DNA of 33,801 nt from Gemmatimonadota bacterium (GCA_038153405.1 JAYOYH010000022.1:32536-66336); one strand, 5' to 3'. Positions 1-8,853 are shown, numbered from the stretch's first letter. Translations and numbers: made by a program. The notes: generated by a model not told the origin, from the sequence alone.

Positions 1-3000
1 GTAAAGAGCGGTTCGATCACCTGAATGCTGTCTGTGGCCGTCACCGTCGAGTCGGTCCCGCTCGGCGGCGGATTGCTCATGCGCGCCAGCGCGCTGTTGG
101 CGATGGATGCACTGTCTGGGGCATCCTCTGCAACCGACGTGGTCAGCGTGATCAGCCCGCTTGCGCCCGCGGCCACCTCACCTAGCGACCACACCAAACG
201 CTGACCGTCCACGGTCGTCGGCGACGGGTCGGCTGAAACAAAGCGCAGCAGCAAGGGCAGCTCGTCTTCGATCTCAAAATCGGCCGCCGCGCCCTCGCCC
301 GCGTTTTCATAACGCAGCTCGTAGACCAACGGGCCGCCCGGCTCCACTTCGGTGGCCGTCGCCGTTTTGCTGAGCGCAACGTCTGGATACAGCACTACCA
401 CGTCGACGCTGTCGGTGGCCGTCACCGTCGAGTCGGCCGCGCCCGGCGGCAGATTGCTCATGCGCGCCAGCGCGCTGTTGGCGATCGGCTCGTCGCCCGT
501 GGCCGCTTCTGCGACCGATGTCGTCAGCGTGATCAGCCCGCTGGATCCCGGCGCCACCTCACCCAGCGACCACACCAAACGCTGACCGTCCACGGTCGTC
601 GGCGACGGGTCCGCTGATACAAAGCGCAGCAGCGCGGGCAGCGCGTCTTCGATCTCGAAATCGGCCGCCGCTCCATTGCCCGCATTCTCGTAGCGCAGCT
701 CGTAGACCAGATTCTCGCCAGGCTCTACTGAATTACTCATTGCCTGCTTATTCAACACCACACTTGGATAGCGCACGATCACATCAATGCTGTCGGTGGC
801 CGTCACCGTCGAGTCGGCCGCGCCCGGCGGCAGATTGCTCATGCGCGCCAGCGCGCTGTTGGCGATCGGCTCGTCGCCCGTGGCCGCTTCTGCGACCGAT
901 GTCGTCAGCGTGATCAGCCCGCTGGATCCCGGCGCCACCTCACCCAGCGACCACACCAAACGCTGACCGTCCACGGTCGTCGGCGACGGGTCCGCTGATA
1001 CAAAGCGCAGCAGCGCGGGCAGCGCGTCTTCGATCTCAACATCGGTGGCCGAACCGTCGCCCCCGTTTTCGTAGCGCAGCTCGTAGACCAGCTCGCCGCC
1101 CGGCTCCACCTCGGCTGTCACCGACATCTTGCTCAGCGTCAGCGCCGGCCGCGCGCGACGGGCAATGAGGAGCGTTAGCGTGCTCGATTCCTGCGCTCCG
1201 TCCACATCGCGCATTGTGTAGGCCAGCTCGATCTGGCCTTCGAAGAGTTCCGACGCCGTATACTCGACTTGGCCGTCTTCGCCAAAGCGGAGCGTGCCCT
1301 CGCTCGGCTCCTCTACGCTAACCAGGGTCAGCGCACCCTCTTCGACATCGGAATCGTTGGCCAACACGTTGAGCGCGACGGTATCGTCCTGCAGCAGAGA
1401 GGCCGTATCGGGGCGCGCCACCGGCGCATCGTTGACCGAGCGCACGTCGATAACGAGCGCAGCCGAACTGGTCGAGTCGCCATCGCTGATTTCGTAGGAC
1501 GACTCCAGCGCGCCGAAGATGTTACGCGTCGGCGTGAAGAGTATACGGCCGCCCCCCAGCAGCTCAACCTGCCCGCCTTCGATCTCCTGCACCCGGACCA
1601 GTTCGAGCGGATCGCCGTTGGCATCCGAGTCATTGGCCAGCAGATCGACTTCGATGGGCGTATCTTCGTCGGTCGCCACGCTATCGTCGCGGGCGACGGG
1701 GCGCTGCGGTCCCATGCTCACGGAAACGACGACCTCGCCTTCAGCGCTTTCTCCCTGCCCGTCGCTAACCACGTAGGTAAAGCGATCGTCCCCAACAAAT
1801 AGGGCCGCGGATTGGTAGCGCACGACGCGGCCGGAAATTTCTACTGCACCGTTTGCCGGCTGCGATACCGACTCGATAGCCAGCGCATCGCCCTCCACGT
1901 CCGTGTCGTTTTCGAGAACGGCGAGTTCAACAGCGACGCCGCTTTCGGCCACGGCCTGATCGGCGTTGGCTACCGGCGGGTCATTGACTGCGGCGATCAA
2001 GACGACGATGGTGCCTTGTGCTTGAGCACCCTCTTCGTCGGCGACGGTGTAGCTTAGTTGGTCTTCTCCGTTGACGTCTGGATTGGGCGTGTAGCGAATG
2101 GTCTGATCGTTCAGCCGTACGGCGCGGCCTCGGGATCCGTCGACGATAGAGGTTATGGTCAGCGGCCCCGCTTCGACGTCCGTGTCATTGGCCAGTGCAT
2201 CAATGTCCACTGCTTCATCTTCCGCCGTGGTAACGGTATCGGCCTGCGCGCGCGGCGCGTCGTTGACGGGCTGGACGGTTATCAGCAGACGGGCCGAAGC
2301 CTGACGCACTCCGTTGCCCGCCGTGTAGTCCACCGTATCTGCACCCGCGAAATTCGGCGCCGGCACGTAGAGAATGCGCTGGTCGCCAGAGACTTCTGCG
2401 CTGCCGCTGGCCACGCGGTCGATGGAGATCACGGCCAAGTCTCGCCCGTCGACCTCCACATCGTTGACCAGCACGTCGACCCTGATGGCCGTATCCTCCT
2501 GCGTTTCGCTCTCGTCGTCCATGGCTACGACGTCGTCGTCTACGGGTGTGACCTCGACCACAACAGTGCCGGTGGCCTGTTTATCGCCGTTGGTCAGGGT
2601 GTAGGTAAACTCGTCCCTACCGAAGAAGTTGGTCACTGGAGTGTAGGTTACCAGATCATCGCTCCAAGTCGCCGTCCCATGAGCGGGCTCGGAAAGCGAT
2701 ACAATGGCCGCCGCCTGGCTGCCACCCAGCGCGACGTCGTTAGCCATGACGGCAATGGCGATGGCGACTTCCTCCGGCGTGGAGACCGAATCCCTCTCTG
2801 CCACCAACTCCCCGGCGACGTCGAAGACGACGACTTCAACCGCGGCCTGGGCGCTCACCGTTCCGTCGCTCATCTCGTAGTCAAATGCATCAGTGCCGCG
2901 GAAAAAGGCGTTCGGCGTATAGCGCACCTGACCGCCGACGCCGGTCAGCTCTACGCTTCCGTTGGCCGGGTTGGTCACAATGCGCACCACCGTCAGCGCA

Positions 3001-6000
3001 TCCTCATCGACATCGCTGTCGTTGCTCAGCAGATCGTACTCAACGGCCGTATCCTGCTGCGTCTCTATACGGTCGTTATTGGCAACGGGCGCATCGTTGA
3101 CCGGGGTAATCTGCACGCGCACGGTCGCGCGGGCCGTGCTCTCTCCGTCGGATATTTCGTACTGAAACTCGTCGGAGCCAAAGGCATTTTCCGTCGGCGT
3201 GTAGCGCACATTGCGGCCGACCACTGCGACGCTGCCCTTAGACGGCGGCGTCAGTTCGGAAATGGTGAGATCGCTCGTTTCGACGTCGCTGTCGTTGGCC
3301 AAAATATTGACATCGATAATCTGGTCTTCGTTCGTCTCGACTTCGTCGTCGTTGGCCACCGGCACATCGTTGACCGAGGCAACCCGTATCAGCACCGATG
3401 CGGTGTCTTTGAGCGAAGCGCTGTAGACGACGTAATCAAAGGACACATCGCCGAAAAAGTTGGCCGGCGGCGTATAGCGCAGACTGCCGCTACCGAGCTG
3501 TTCAACGGTGCCCTGGTTGGGCGTGCCAATCGACTCGATGGTCGGTGCCGCTGAATCAATGTCCGAGTCGTTGGCCAACACGTCGATATCAACGGGCTGA
3601 TCTTCGGGCGTGTCCATCGTGTCGTTGAGTGCGACGGGGGCATCGTCAACTGGATCAATTACCGCCATGAAGCTTTCGGTCGCTGCCGCGCCGTTTTCGT
3701 CCTGCACGCGCACGCGTATCCACGTTTCTCCGTTGGCATTGGGCTTGGGCGTGAAGCGCATCGTGCGGGTGTTGCCCGAACCCCCTAACACGATATCGGC
3801 CGGTGCGACGAGCGACTCCTTCTCCGTCGTCACCGTTACGACGAGCTGGTCGGCCGGCGTTTCCTGGTCGCTGACTTGAAAGTCGAATGGACCCACAGCC
3901 TCGTCTTCGTTGCTGCGCGTATCGACAAGCGGACCTACGGAAGGCGCGTCGTTGACCTCGGTGATGGTGATCGAGATCGTATCGTCATCCGTCTGCGAAC
4001 CGCCGCTGCCGGACGCGCCCTGGTCGTCTGTCTGGATGCGCACCGAAGCGCTGCCGACGTAGTTCGCGTTGGCTCGGAAGACCATGTTGTTAAGCGCGGC
4101 GTTGGCATCGGTGAGCGAGGCGGTAAAGGCGATGCCCGCATCTTCGCTGCCGTCGCCTTGGCTAAAGCTCAGTCCGCTCGTCGTGCTCAGCGTTAGGACG
4201 CCGTTTGTGCTCGTCAGCGTTACGGACAGCGCGCTGGTGCCTACGTCGGGGTCGGCGATACTGAGCAGATTGGACCCGCTAAATCCAACCGAGCCTTCTT
4301 CGCTAATGCTCAACCCACCCGGCACGGTGTGGACGGGCGCATCGTTAACGGTCGAGATGCTGATGGCACGCGTTTGCGTGTTGGAATTATCGTCGCCGTC
4401 GTTGACCGTGAACGTCACCGTGCGCTGCGCCGTGCTGGGAGCACCCGTATCGGTGTTCTGGTAGGTCACCGTGCGCAGCGCCGCTTGGTAGTTGGCCAGC
4501 GTCGCACTGCCCGTCAGCGACAGCAAGCCCGTCGCGCTAGTGAAGCTACCGGTGATGCCATTTTGGTTGGAAAACGCCAGCACATCTTCTGTGTTATCGA
4601 GATTGCCGGTGATTTGCACCGTCGCGCTCTCAATGTTGGTATCGTCCACATCGGCAACGGTAAGCGCCGACGTGATGACCACCGCACTGCCGTCTTCGGT
4701 GAACGACAGCGCGCTGCCTTCCGCGTTGGCCAGGGTCGGCGGATCGTTAACCGGGTTGACCGTAATAGCGCGCGTCTGCGTGTTGGAATTGACGTCGCCG
4801 TCGTTGACCGTGAACGTCACCGTGCGCTGCGCCGTGCTGGGGTTTACCGTGTCTGTGTTCTGGTAGGTCACCGAGCGCAGCGCTGCCTGGTAGTTGGCCA
4901 GCGTCGCAGTACCCGACAGCGACATCAACCCCGTCGTAACGTCCCAAGTGCCGGTGATGCCGTTTTGGTTCGTGAAGGCCAGCACGTCTTCCGTGTTGTC
5001 GAGGTTGCCGGTGATCTGCACTGTGGCACTCTCGACGTTTGCTTCGTCATCCGCCACGGTCAGGGTCGACGTAATGGCCACCGCACTGCCGTCTTCGGTA
5101 AAGGTCAGCGCACCGGCTTCGGCGTTGGCCAAGGTCGGCGCCGAATTGGACCGGACATCGATGGTGCGCGTTTGCGTGTTGGAATTGACGTCGCCGTCGT
5201 TGACTTTAAACGTCACCGTGCGCTGCGCCGTGCTGGGGCTTGCGGCATCCGTGTTTTGGTAGGTCACTGAGCGCAGGGCCGCTTGGTAGTTGGCCTTCGT
5301 CGCGCTGCCCGTCAGCGACATCAACCCCGTCGCACTGGTGAAGCTGCCGGTGATGCCGTTTTGGTTCGTGAAGGCCAGCACGTCTTCCGTGTTGTCGAGG
5401 TTGCCGGTGATCTGCACTGTGGCGCTCTCGATGTTGGTGTCGTCCGCATCCGTCACCGTGAGCGCCGAGGTGATCGCTACCGCACCGCCGCCCGGTGCAG
5501 CTGTCAGGACCGTGCCTTCGGCGTTGGCCAACACGGGGGCTTGGTTGGACGGGGCACTGCCGTCCAGATTGATCTGTTGCGAAAAGTGCGTCGACAGCTT
5601 GTACGGAGAAGAACCGATTAAGTCGGCACCTCGTTCGGACAGGACGCGGGCCGAAGACGAGGTGCCAAAGAAAGCGCGGATGGGGCTCGACGTGGTCAGC
5701 ACCGCATCGAGGCGGTTATCACCATCCGGATCGCCGGACGCATTGTTCGCAGCCAACATATCCGCGTAGGGAATGGCCAAATCGAGGTAGTAGTTCGTTT
5801 CACCCGCTTTGCTCAAACCGAACGTAGAAGTCGCCGCAACTACTCGGACATAATCTGCCGAAGCATAGGACTTATACTCCGTTTCCGCATCGTCGGACGG
5901 ATCGTCGAGGCTCGACCCTGTCTGATCGATGTTCTGCTTGAGCAACAGCGGCTCGGCTCCATCGATGCCATCGAGGATAATCAGCAGCTCGTAGGTATTG

Positions 6001-6389
6001 GTTTCCCCATCGGTGTCCAGTACTACCCCGTAACCAAATGGTTCGTATCCGCTGCCCGGAACTCCATCTGTCTTACGCGGATCGTCTTCCAGCAGCAGGC
6101 GAAAAAACTGGTAGTTTGTGCCATCGTTGTAGAGATAGGCGCTGGCGGTGGACGCATCGCCGACGAGGTTTTTTGAACCGGAAGCATCGTCTACGGGGTC
6201 GAAATATGGATTGCCGCTCGAATTGCGCAGCGGCTGCCAATTCGCATCGCTCGGCCAACTACCCACAGTGCCCGGCTGGGCAACTGCGTTTTGCCAGATC
6301 AAAAGCAGCAGCCACAGGGCTGCTACCCACATTTTTCCAATCGCTGTCTTTGTATCGGTCACTGGTATGCTCAACGTGCTTCCTTGCAC
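1..6389 (-). CDS. Giant secreted repeat protein / adhesin (signal peptide, N-terminal globular domain, cadherin/Ig-like repeats, DUF11 repeats); 3' end beyond left edge, >2100 aa
   Basis: Manual minus-strand translation: GGAGG then GTG at 6389 (alternative ATG 6332), MQGSTLSIPVTDTKTAIGKMWVAALWLLLLIWQNAVA|QPG signal peptide. Repeats VNDAPVAxxD...NVLANDSDVE and LxKxxxxxxVEPGxxLVYELRYENxG...IEDALP. The same frame holds at 6389, 6332 and position 3. The long + strand ORFs here are its antisense shadows. Confidence 0.92.
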   Translation of the reverse strand, partial: MQGSTLSIPVTDTKTAIGKMWVAALWLLLLIWQNAVAQPGTVGSWPSDANWQPLRNSSGNPYFDPVDDASGSKNLVGDASTASAYLYNDGTNYQFFRLLLEDDPRKTDGVPGSGYEPFGYGVVLDTDGETNTYELLIILDGIDGAEPLLLKQNIDQTGSSLDDPSDDAETEYKSYASADYVRVVAATSTFGLSKAGETNYYLDLAIPYADMLAANNASGDPDGDNRLDAVLTTSSPIRAFFGTSSSARVLSERGADLIGSSPYKLSTHFSQQINLDGSAPSNQAPVLANAEGTVLTAAPGGGAVAITSALTVTDADDTNIESATVQITGNLDNTEDVLAFTNQNGITGSFTSATGLMSLTGSATKANYQAALRSVTYQNTDAASPSTAQRTVTFKVNDGDVNSNTQTRTIDVRSNSAPTLANAEAGALTFTEDGSAVAITSTLTVADDEANVESATVQITGNLDNTEDVLAFTNQNGITGTWDVTTGLMSLSGTATLANYQAALRSVTYQNTDTVNPSTAQRTVTFTVNDGDVNSNTQTRAITVNPVNDPPTLANAEGSALSFTEDGSAVVITSALTVADVDDTNIESATVQITGNLDNTEDVLAFSNQNGITGSFTSATGLLSLTGSATLANYQAALRTVTYQNTDTGAPSTAQRTVTFTVNDGDDNSNTQTRAISISTVNDAPVHTVPGGLSISEEGSVGFSGSNLLSIADPDVGTSALSVTLTSTNGVLTLSTTSGLSFSQGDGSEDAGIAFTASLTDANAALNNMVFRANANYVGSASVRIQTDDQGASGSGGSQTDDDTISITITEVNDAPSVGPLVDTRSNEDEAVGPFDFQVSDQETPADQLVVTVTTEKESLVAPADIVLGGSGNTRTMRFTPKPNANGETWIRVRVQDENGAAATESFMAVIDPVDDAPVALNDTMDTPEDQPVDIDVLANDSDIDSAAPTIESIGTPNQGTVEQLGSGSLRYTPPANFFGDVSFDYVVYSASLKDTASVLIRVASVNDVPVANDDEVETNEDQIIDVNILANDSDVETSDLTISELTPPSKGSVAVVGRNVRYTPTENAFGSDEFQYEISDGESTARATVRVQITPVNDAPVANNDRIETQQDTAVEYDLLSNDSDVDEDALTVVRIVTNPANGSVELTGVGGQVRYTPNAFFRGTDAFDYEMSDGTVSAQAAVEVVVFDVAGELVAERDSVSTPEEVAIAIAVMANDVALGGSQAAAIVSLSEPAHGTATWSDDLVTYTPVTNFFGRDEFTYTLTNGDKQATGTVVVEVTPVDDDVVAMDDESETQEDTAIRVDVLVNDVEVDGRDLAVISIDRVASGSAEVSGDQRILYVPAPNFAGADTVDYTAGNGVRQASARLLITVQPVNDAPRAQADTVTTAEDEAVDIDALANDTDVEAGPLTITSIVDGSRGRAVRLNDQTIRYTPNPDVNGEDQLSYTVADEEGAQAQGTIVVLIAAVNDPPVANADQAVAESGVAVELAVLENDTDVEGDALAIESVSQPANGAVEISGRVVRYQSAALFVGDDRFTYVVSDGQGESAEGEVVVSVSMGPQRPVARDDSVATDEDTPIEVDLLANDSDANGDPLELVRVQEIEGGQVELLGGGRILFTPTRNIFGALESSYEISDGDSTSSAALVIDVRSVNDAPVARPDTASLLQDDTVALNVLANDSDVEEGALTLVSVEEPSEGTLRFGEDGQVEYTASELFEGQIELAYTMRDVDGAQESSTLTLLIARRARPALTLSKMSVTAEVEPGGELVYELRYENGGDGSATDVEIEDALPALLRFVSADPSPTTVDGQRLVWSLGEVAPGSSGLITLTTSVAEAATGDEPIANSALARMSNLPPGAADSTVTATDSIDVIVRYPSVVLNKQAMSNSVEPGENLVYELRYENAGNGAAADFEIEDALPALLRFVSADPSPTTVDGQRLVWSLGEVAPGSSGLITLTTSVAEAATGDEPIANSALARMSNLPPGAADSTVTATDSVDVVVLYPDVALSKTATATEVEPGGPLVYELRYENAGEGAAADFEIEDELPLLLRFVSADPSPTTVDGQRLVWSLGEVAAGASGLITLTTSVAEDAPDSASIANSALARMSNPPPSGTDSTVTATDSIQVIEPLF
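21..1150 (-). repeat. Three DUF11-type (conserved repeat domain) units, 381-bp period
   Basis: Units aligned at 27, 408 and 789. 408-656 and 789-1037 look identical by eye. Protein LVYELRYENxGxxxAxxxEIEDxLPALLRFVSADPSPTTVDGQRLVWSLGEVAPG. Confidence 0.85.
1160..3655 (-). repeat. About nine tandem ~93-aa cadherin-like/bacterial Ig (tandem-95 type) domains
   Basis: Recurring VNDAPVA(N/R)xDxxxTxED...(V/L)LANDSDV(E/D)...YTPxxxFxGxDxFxYxxxD every ~280 bp; diverged at DNA level. Confidence 0.85.
4350..5545 (-). repeat. Three ~133-aa cadherin-like adhesin repeats (~400-bp period)
   Basis: PTLANAExxALxFTEDGSAVxITSxLTVxDxDxxNIESATVQITGNLDNTEDVLAFTNQNGITG...ANYQAALRSVTYQNTD...STAQRTVTFxVNDGD repeated three times with long near-identical DNA stretches. 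Confidence 0.88.
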
Positions 6390-6623
6390 AAAGGCCCTCC
6401 AGGCGCCCTGAAACGACCTCTGGAGAGGTCATTGTTCCAAGACCCTTGGAGCTCATATTTATATAAGTTCGTCTATCTACAGGCCATTCTAGGCCGTTTT
6501 AGAGCATATTAACTTAAACCAATCGAAAAAACAAATTTTTTTGGGACTTTTTTCAAAAAAAAGATACAGAGGGCTTTCCGTCAGCGGGCGCAGCTCTTCC
6601 TCGGACCGCAGTGCACACACAAC

Positions 6624-6670
6624 AAAAAAACGACCCAAGTTATCTGATAGCAGAAACTTGGGTCGTTTTT
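6624..6670 (-). terminator. Rho-independent terminator (possibly bidirectional) downstream of the AbrB-PIN gene
   Basis: AAAAAAACGACCCAAGTT-a-TCTG-atag-CAGA-AACTTGGGTCGTTTTT: long stem with a T7 tail on the minus strand and a T5 tail on the plus strand. Confidence 0.8.
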
Positions 6671-6716
6671 GGCGAGTCGTCGACTCGCTATGGCACGTGA
6701 TTGCTTATGCCTGCGG

Positions 6717-7349
6717 TTAGCCTATGATCTCTACGAGACGCAAAAGCGAAATAATTTCGGTTTCCTGGACCTTCTGGTCATACATTTCGCCGAAATACTG
6801 CTTGTCTGCCGTGACGAAAAATTGGCAATTACTGCGGATTGCGGTGCAAAGGAGGGGAGCATCTTGCTCAGACAGCGAAACGGGCAGAGGGAAGAGGACC
6901 GAAGAGGCGATTTCCAGCGTCGCCAACAGCTCCTCAAAAGCGGACAACCATTTCGGTCGCTTAACCTGCAGGTATTTCCGGGCTTCTTCAACCGCAAGAT
7001 CAGAGCTAACCAAAACGCCCTTCTCGTTTGCTGCGGCCATGAGCCTTGCAGCGTTGCTTTCGCGATTGCTTGCCAAAAAGAGCACATTTGCATCCAGAAA
7101 AAAGCGCTGCGAACCGCGGGCGCCGGCCGGCGGCATCGGAGTGGCGATCGACTCCTCTTCGCTGGCAAATTCATCGACGCGTGTTTCCGAGTAGAACTCG
7201 ATGGCCACACTGAAGGCCGGGCGCAGCAAAATACCCCCGTCACAGCGTTCGACAATGAGCTCATCATTGGCTTTGAGACCGAATTCGTTGCGTAATGCCG
7301 CCGGAATGGTGATAACGCCACGGTCGTTGATGGTAACTTTGGTCTGCAT
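6717..7349 (-). CDS. Fused AbrB/MazE/SpoVT-type antitoxin + PIN (VapC-like) ribonuclease domain, 210 aa
   Basis: N-term MQTKVTINDRGVITIPAALRNEFGLKANDELIVERCDGGILLRP (AbrB swapped hairpin). C-term FFLDANVLF...EEARKYL...QDAPLL...FVTADKQYF (PIN acidic residues). One continuous frame. Start set at ATG 7349 from promoter position and domain boundary. Confidence 0.88.
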   Translation of the reverse strand: MQTKVTINDRGVITIPAALRNEFGLKANDELIVERCDGGILLRPAFSVAIEFYSETRVDEFASEEESIATPMPPAGARGSQRFFLDANVLFLASNRESNAARLMAAANEKGVLVSSDLAVEEARKYLQVKRPKWLSAFEELLATLEIASSVLFPLPVSLSEQDAPLLCTAIRSNCQFFVTADKQYFGEMYDQKVQETEIISLLRLVEIIG

Positions 7350-7352
7350 GGC

Positions 7353-7385
7353 AATCAGTATAACTGATTTACTGAAATAAAGCAA
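7353..7385 (-). promoter_or_regulatory. Sigma70 promoter (leaderless) with overlapping palindromic operator for the AbrB-PIN gene
   Basis: Minus strand TTGCTT (7385-7380), 17 bp, TATACT (7362-7357), 7 nt, ATG (7349). Perfect inverted repeat AATCAGT-ATA-ACTGATT at 7353-7369 covers the -10 box. Confidence 0.78.
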
Positions 7386-8005
7386 GTGCCGGTGGCTGTC
7401 TGGCACCCCCATTTTTATCTCTTAAGTATATGTATATTATTGCTTTATGGTATTTTTCTCTCGGAGCTACGGCTCTGCATCTGTTTTTAAACCCGTTTTT
7501 CACGCCATATATTATATCGGGACACTGCCCGTAATATTCGACTGGCCCCCTATTCATTATATATAGTACTCGCACAGTGTTGGCCATTGTTGGTCCTGAT
7601 TTGCTGAATTACAGTGGCAGCACTTTTCTGTGAGCCATCTTCTCTACCCAATCAGCGGCACCCCTCCCTAGTGTATTTGTATTTCTAAAATGACCAACAC
7701 CGAAGACGTTGGAAATAGATTTTCCTATACATTATATATAGGCTCGTTTGCGAAGGCACGTTTTGTTGCCCGCCGGCCGATCTCTTGCCGTATTGCTGCA
7801 TTACCATCATTGGGGCCTCGTATCGCCTCGTCGCGTTCTTTCTAAGACCCCCGTTATCCATGTAGAACCAGCGTGACAGCCGAACCACAATGCGGACAAA
7901 TACGTCCCACTTTCACAGCCATATCGTTTCTTTGGCCTACCAAACTACCATCCATCTTGTACTCGCACTGTAGGTTTTGCGCACTCCGCTACCCGTTTAG
8001 GGATC

Positions 8006-8020
8006 TGGCATGCCTTTTGC
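8006..8020 (+). promoter_or_regulatory. Candidate sigma54 (-24/-12) promoter upstream of the small ORF at 8142
   Basis: TGGCATGCCTTTTGC matches TGGCAy-N5-TTGC with exact GG-N10-GC spacing. Confidence 0.45.
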
Positions 8021-8141
8021 CAGTCTAAAAGAGCAAACCTTCCTTCGTGCTCTTGGCCATTCGCTGCGTCAAACGCGGTGGAAAGATCTCCCACAACAGC
8101 CTGGCCTCCCCGCCAGCCTATCGTTTTGAGAGGAGACTGCA

Positions 8142-8372
8142 ATGACCTCCGTTTCGCATCTGAGGACCCAAAGCGATAACGATTCCGCGACGGGTTGCCC
8201 CCTCTATAATGATCTGCACACCAGTATTCTCTTCGCGATGTCGCCATTGGAACTGGAAGGTTGGATTGATCAAGCCCGCAGAGGGTGCAGCGTCGGATCT
8301 CTGACGCAGAACGAATTAGACGCCTTGTTGGAAACAGCTCAACGCCTTGCGCCCGAACTGATAGATCAGTGA
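8142..8372 (+). CDS. Small hypothetical protein, 76 aa
   Basis: Strong RBS GAGAGGAG 6 nt before ATG; helical-looking C-half (LEGWIDQARRG...LTQNELDALLETAQRL). No family recognised. Confidence 0.6.
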   Translation: MTSVSHLRTQSDNDSATGCPLYNDLHTSILFAMSPLELEGWIDQARRGCSVGSLTQNELDALLETAQRLAPELIDQ

Positions 8373-8853
8373 TCGATACATGATGCTCACCGCGCGCGGG
8401 TATCCCTTTGATTTATGCTAGTAATATCCAAAGCGGGCAGGCGAAACGCGCCGGAGCATGCTCCTGTCGTTTGAAGCTTGCCCGACGACATCTGCTACTC
8501 GCCGCTCGGCTTGCTGTGGCGAAGGGAGCGGGCCAGCCCGCACCAGACCAACCGTTCGGTGCGGCAACAATTACTCCTGTAGGCTTGGCCAATGCGAACA
8601 GGGTCCCTGCCTATTGCCCTCCCAGAACAACCACCCACTCGGCAGATCGCTCGCAGTGGATTCACAATGAGCATTCTTATGGGCATACCGAATAAATCAC
8701 CGCGACGACTCCTGTTTCAAACGGTCTAATTTATAATACTTTTCTGAACCAGATAATTTATCTGTTTACAAGGGAGGCTCTTTTTTTTATTTTGTTCCAC
8801 GACAATTCGGACGAATCGGCCTATCTTATACAAAATTCAATGATGGACCTTTG

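Noticed and set aside
21..5545. Repeats as CRISPR array or mobile element
   Set aside because: Periods are multiples of three and encode protein domains; no short repeat-spacer structure or terminal inverted repeats.
1269..5769. Long + strand ORFs (e.g. 2058-3554, 4329-5270)
   Set aside because: Antisense shadows of the minus-strand adhesin; no recognisable motifs.
6526..6562. Homopolymer tracts as a phase-variation switch for the adhesin
   Set aside because: Tracts are only 6-8 nt and no -35/-10 pair flanking them could be fixed; more likely bending or UP-type DNA.
6624..6690. tRNA 3' end / att site after the hairpin (TGGCG)
   Set aside because: No T-arm (GTTCGA) or cloverleaf follows, and no integrase is in the window.
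6691..6705. TGGCACGTGATTGCT as a sigma54 promoter
   Set aside because: GG-to-GC spacing is 9, not the strict 10, and it points antisense into the PIN gene.
7754..7769. AGGCACGTTTTGTTGC as a sigma54 promoter
   Set aside because: Spacing is 11 rather than 10.
8408..8695. 95-aa ORF and overlapping short ORFs
   Set aside because: No RBS, weak starts and no protein-like pattern.
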